A stretch of DNA of 64,000 nt from positions 434,001 to 498,000 of the forward strand of contig AP026164.1 in NCBI GenBank assembly GCA_030295235.1, written 5' to 3'. The stretch is from Fistulifera solaris (lineage: Eukaryota). The number at the start of each line of letters is the position of its first letter. Position 1 is the first letter of the stretch. A model generated the notes under the pieces. It ran no database searches, was not told where the DNA came from, and saw only the letters and a program-made list of their open reading frames with translations. Below are positions 61,467 through 64,000 of the stretch, one piece after another. The translations under genes and the position numbers were made by a program.

Positions 61467-62267
61467 TGTTGCGTTTTTTTGCTGAAACCCGTCAACGTTT
61501 TTCAAGGAAAGACTTTATCTTGAATTTGAAACGAAGCGGTCAAGGTTGTAGTTTCGATAATGATCGCAGTCTGTTTCTCGGAAGGAAATGAAGCGACGAT
61601 TTTGATCGAAGTGGCAAATCCGTTCTGCGTTTCGCTGAAGGTGTGCCTTTGCTAGTGTTCGTCTTATTCCTTTTATCAAATTGATTGATTATTATACGAA
61701 GTAAAGCACTGAAGGAATGAGGCGCAATGCGGATGAGATGCATACCTTGTCTGTTGATGCTGAACGTGAAAAGATGTGCATCGTTTTGCGTTTTGTTTTT
61801 ATGCACTTTGCGGTAAAGTATAGCTAAAGGGATCTCGAGGACACTTTCTACTCTCCAAAATAAACCTGGTACGACAGAGGTATTGTTCGACACCTTCCAG
61901 TTGGAGTACCGGATGCCACAGCTTGATTTGAATCGTGAAGCCTTAGGTCGTGGAAAGCCATGACTCTGCACCTTTGTGTAGGCGCCCTTTTACGGAAGCT
62001 GGGCATTTGAAAAAACAAAAATGACCTGCCACTACCAGGTAGCCGCTACCAGAGACTGCAGCAGCAACTCTCGCGACGAAGACAAAATCATTCCTCGTTG
62101 CATCATTCAAGCAATCTTGTGAGACGGAGAAGTTGCTTTCTTCTCAATTTTTCAGTTAGCCTTCTCCGCACAAGCAATCCGTAAGCCAGAACGTCGCGAG
62201 TGACGATCAATTCGAAGCACACAAGCACGATTGTGACATTGCAAACTTCATTATTTCTTGAAACATC

Positions 62268-64000
62268 ATGTCCGACGACGAAGCCAACGAAAAGTTGGTC
62301 GCTCCTGCGGATTTTGACGGTCCCACCAGCACTCGACATTGCACGGATGTCTTTTGTTTGCTCATTCTGATTGCAGCATGGGTGGTAATGACGGGTGTCG
62401 GACTCTATGCGGTAGGAGAAGGAGATTACCGACTCGTGTTGTATCCTTTAGACTACGACGGAAACATTTGCGGAACGGGTGCGTGTTCGTCGCTTAAGCG
62501 CAAGAGGTCTTTCGAAAGGCTCTATTTGTCATACTTGCTAATATTGTGCTCTTTGTTTTGCAGACTTTAAAAATGACATGACGGCATATCCGAATCTGCT
62601 CTATGTCAACTCTTTTCCGGTGGAGTCTGTGTTGACGAATGTCCCGACTTGACCAACAAGACACAAGACGGTGTCTCGGATGTTCATACTTTAATTACGT
62701 ACGATGGTGTCTGGCAACCGTCGTCGGGAGGTGCCCAACTTCCTTTGGATTATGTCAAAGTGGCCGATTATTCGAATGCGTCGGATGTCATGTCCTGCAC
62801 GGACGCTACCTGCTGGGATACTGAAGCCTATACCAGTCCTTACAGCCCGGGGGTCCGTCTGGGTTACGGTTATGCTTTTTATGCCGGAACCACGTACGGT
62901 GTTCTGGGACGATGTTACATGACTACGGCCGCACTCGATCGCATCGAAGAACAGCTTAACTTTGAAATCGCCTCCGCAACGGAAGCGGCGTCGGATCTTA
63001 TGGGAATTGGTGCTGTCGAAGATGCTTACGCGTTCTGGAATCGTGTATTTGCAGATTTGTGGACGGCGCGAGCCTATGTTCTAGGCTTTGGATTCGGCGT
63101 CTCGTTGATCGTTAGCTCACTGTATATTTTCATGCTGCGTCTGCCGTTTTTACTCAATACCGTCGTCTGGGGGTCCATTTTCCTTACTATTGGCATGTTC
63201 TTTTTTGGTGGTTATTACGCATGGAATGTGGCTACAGATTGGGATGAAGCGGATCCCCAAACCGTGGAAGATACTACGATCACAGCAACCACGGGTGCTG
63301 CTATTGCGTTGTGGGTGGTAGGCGTACTGTTAGTTGTGCTGACGTGCTGCATGCGCAAGGCGATTCAAGTGGCCTTACTTTGTGTCAAACAAGCAGGAAG
63401 GGCCGTCAATAACATGATTCTCATTTTGACGGTTCCATTTCTTCAAGCGGCCGCATTGGTCGCTTTCTTTGTCGTTTGGTCTATCTATGCGGTGCACTTG
63501 GCGAGTCTCGGAGAAATTGTGACGAAAGAAGTGGAGCTAGACCCTAGCGCGCTGACAGGAGAGGATCTTCCCGAAATGGATCAGGGCCTTATCCAACCAG
63601 TGCACTATCGAGTTTTTCTCTTCGACGAATTCATAACTCGGTGCTCGTACTACCTGTTATTCTGTCTCTTCTGGACAGCAAATTTTATTGTTGCCGTCGG
63701 TGACATGATTGTTGCGATTGCAGTCGCTAAATGGTTCTTCGCGCGAAATAAAATGACAGTGGGAAGCTGGACTGTCATTAGTAGTGTGCGAGAGACGGTC
63801 ACGTATCATCTTGGAACATGCGCCTATGGTTCTCTCTTGGTCGCCATCGTGCAATTCATTCGCTACATCATCGCAAAGCTTCAAAAGAAAGCTAAGGAAA
63901 CACAAAACAAAATTGCCGAGTACATACTTTGCTGCTGCCAGTGCTGCTTCTGGTGTCTCGAACGATGCTTGAAGTTCATCAACAAAAACGCTTACATTCA
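62268..64000 (+). CDS. Choline transporter-like protein (CTL/SLC44), truncated by the window end
   Basis: DGPTSTRHCTDVFCL, YPLDYDGNICG, and near the end YHLGTCAYGSLLVAIVQ and CCCQCCFWCLERCLKFINKNAYI. Intron at 62479-62563; indel at about 62614. Confidence 0.92.

Overview
Gene-dense eukaryotic nuclear DNA, most consistent with a diatom. Support for that: short GT-AG introns of about 67-131 nt, bipartite plastid-targeting presequences, an AdoMetDC-aminopropyltransferase-SET fusion and a DUF6824-like protein. The species cannot be identified from the sequence. About 29 protein-coding genes can be reconstructed: a PSTAIRE CDK, a TPM-TM-RING protein, a sulfotransferase, a 7TM GPCR-like protein, an ABHD14-like hydrolase, a TLC-domain protein, CTNNBL1, an MFS transporter, Rad1, DnaJ, the polyamine-synthesis-type fusion, SPX-MFS, CreA, a tandem double UDP-glucuronate-epimerase-like gene, a Tudor protein, DUF1995, MTO1/GidA, a COQ11-like SDR, exportin-5, HPRT, proteasome alpha-6, kinesin-14, a choline transporter-like protein and several hypotheticals. 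Roughly half the genes are broken by single-base indels in homopolymer runs, most likely from an unpolished long-read assembly, so the ORF track fragments real genes. No rRNA, tRNA, CRISPR array or transposon could be supported. The most interesting items are (1) the polyamine fusion, whose two polyamine-synthesis domains look catalytically degenerate while its SET domain is intact, (2) a single-chain, membrane-anchored double epimerase hidden by frameshifts, (3) the TPM-RING receptor-like ligase, and (4) a recurrent intergenic TACC(A/T)GGTA/TACCGGTA motif. All family calls come from motif recognition by eye, not from database searches.
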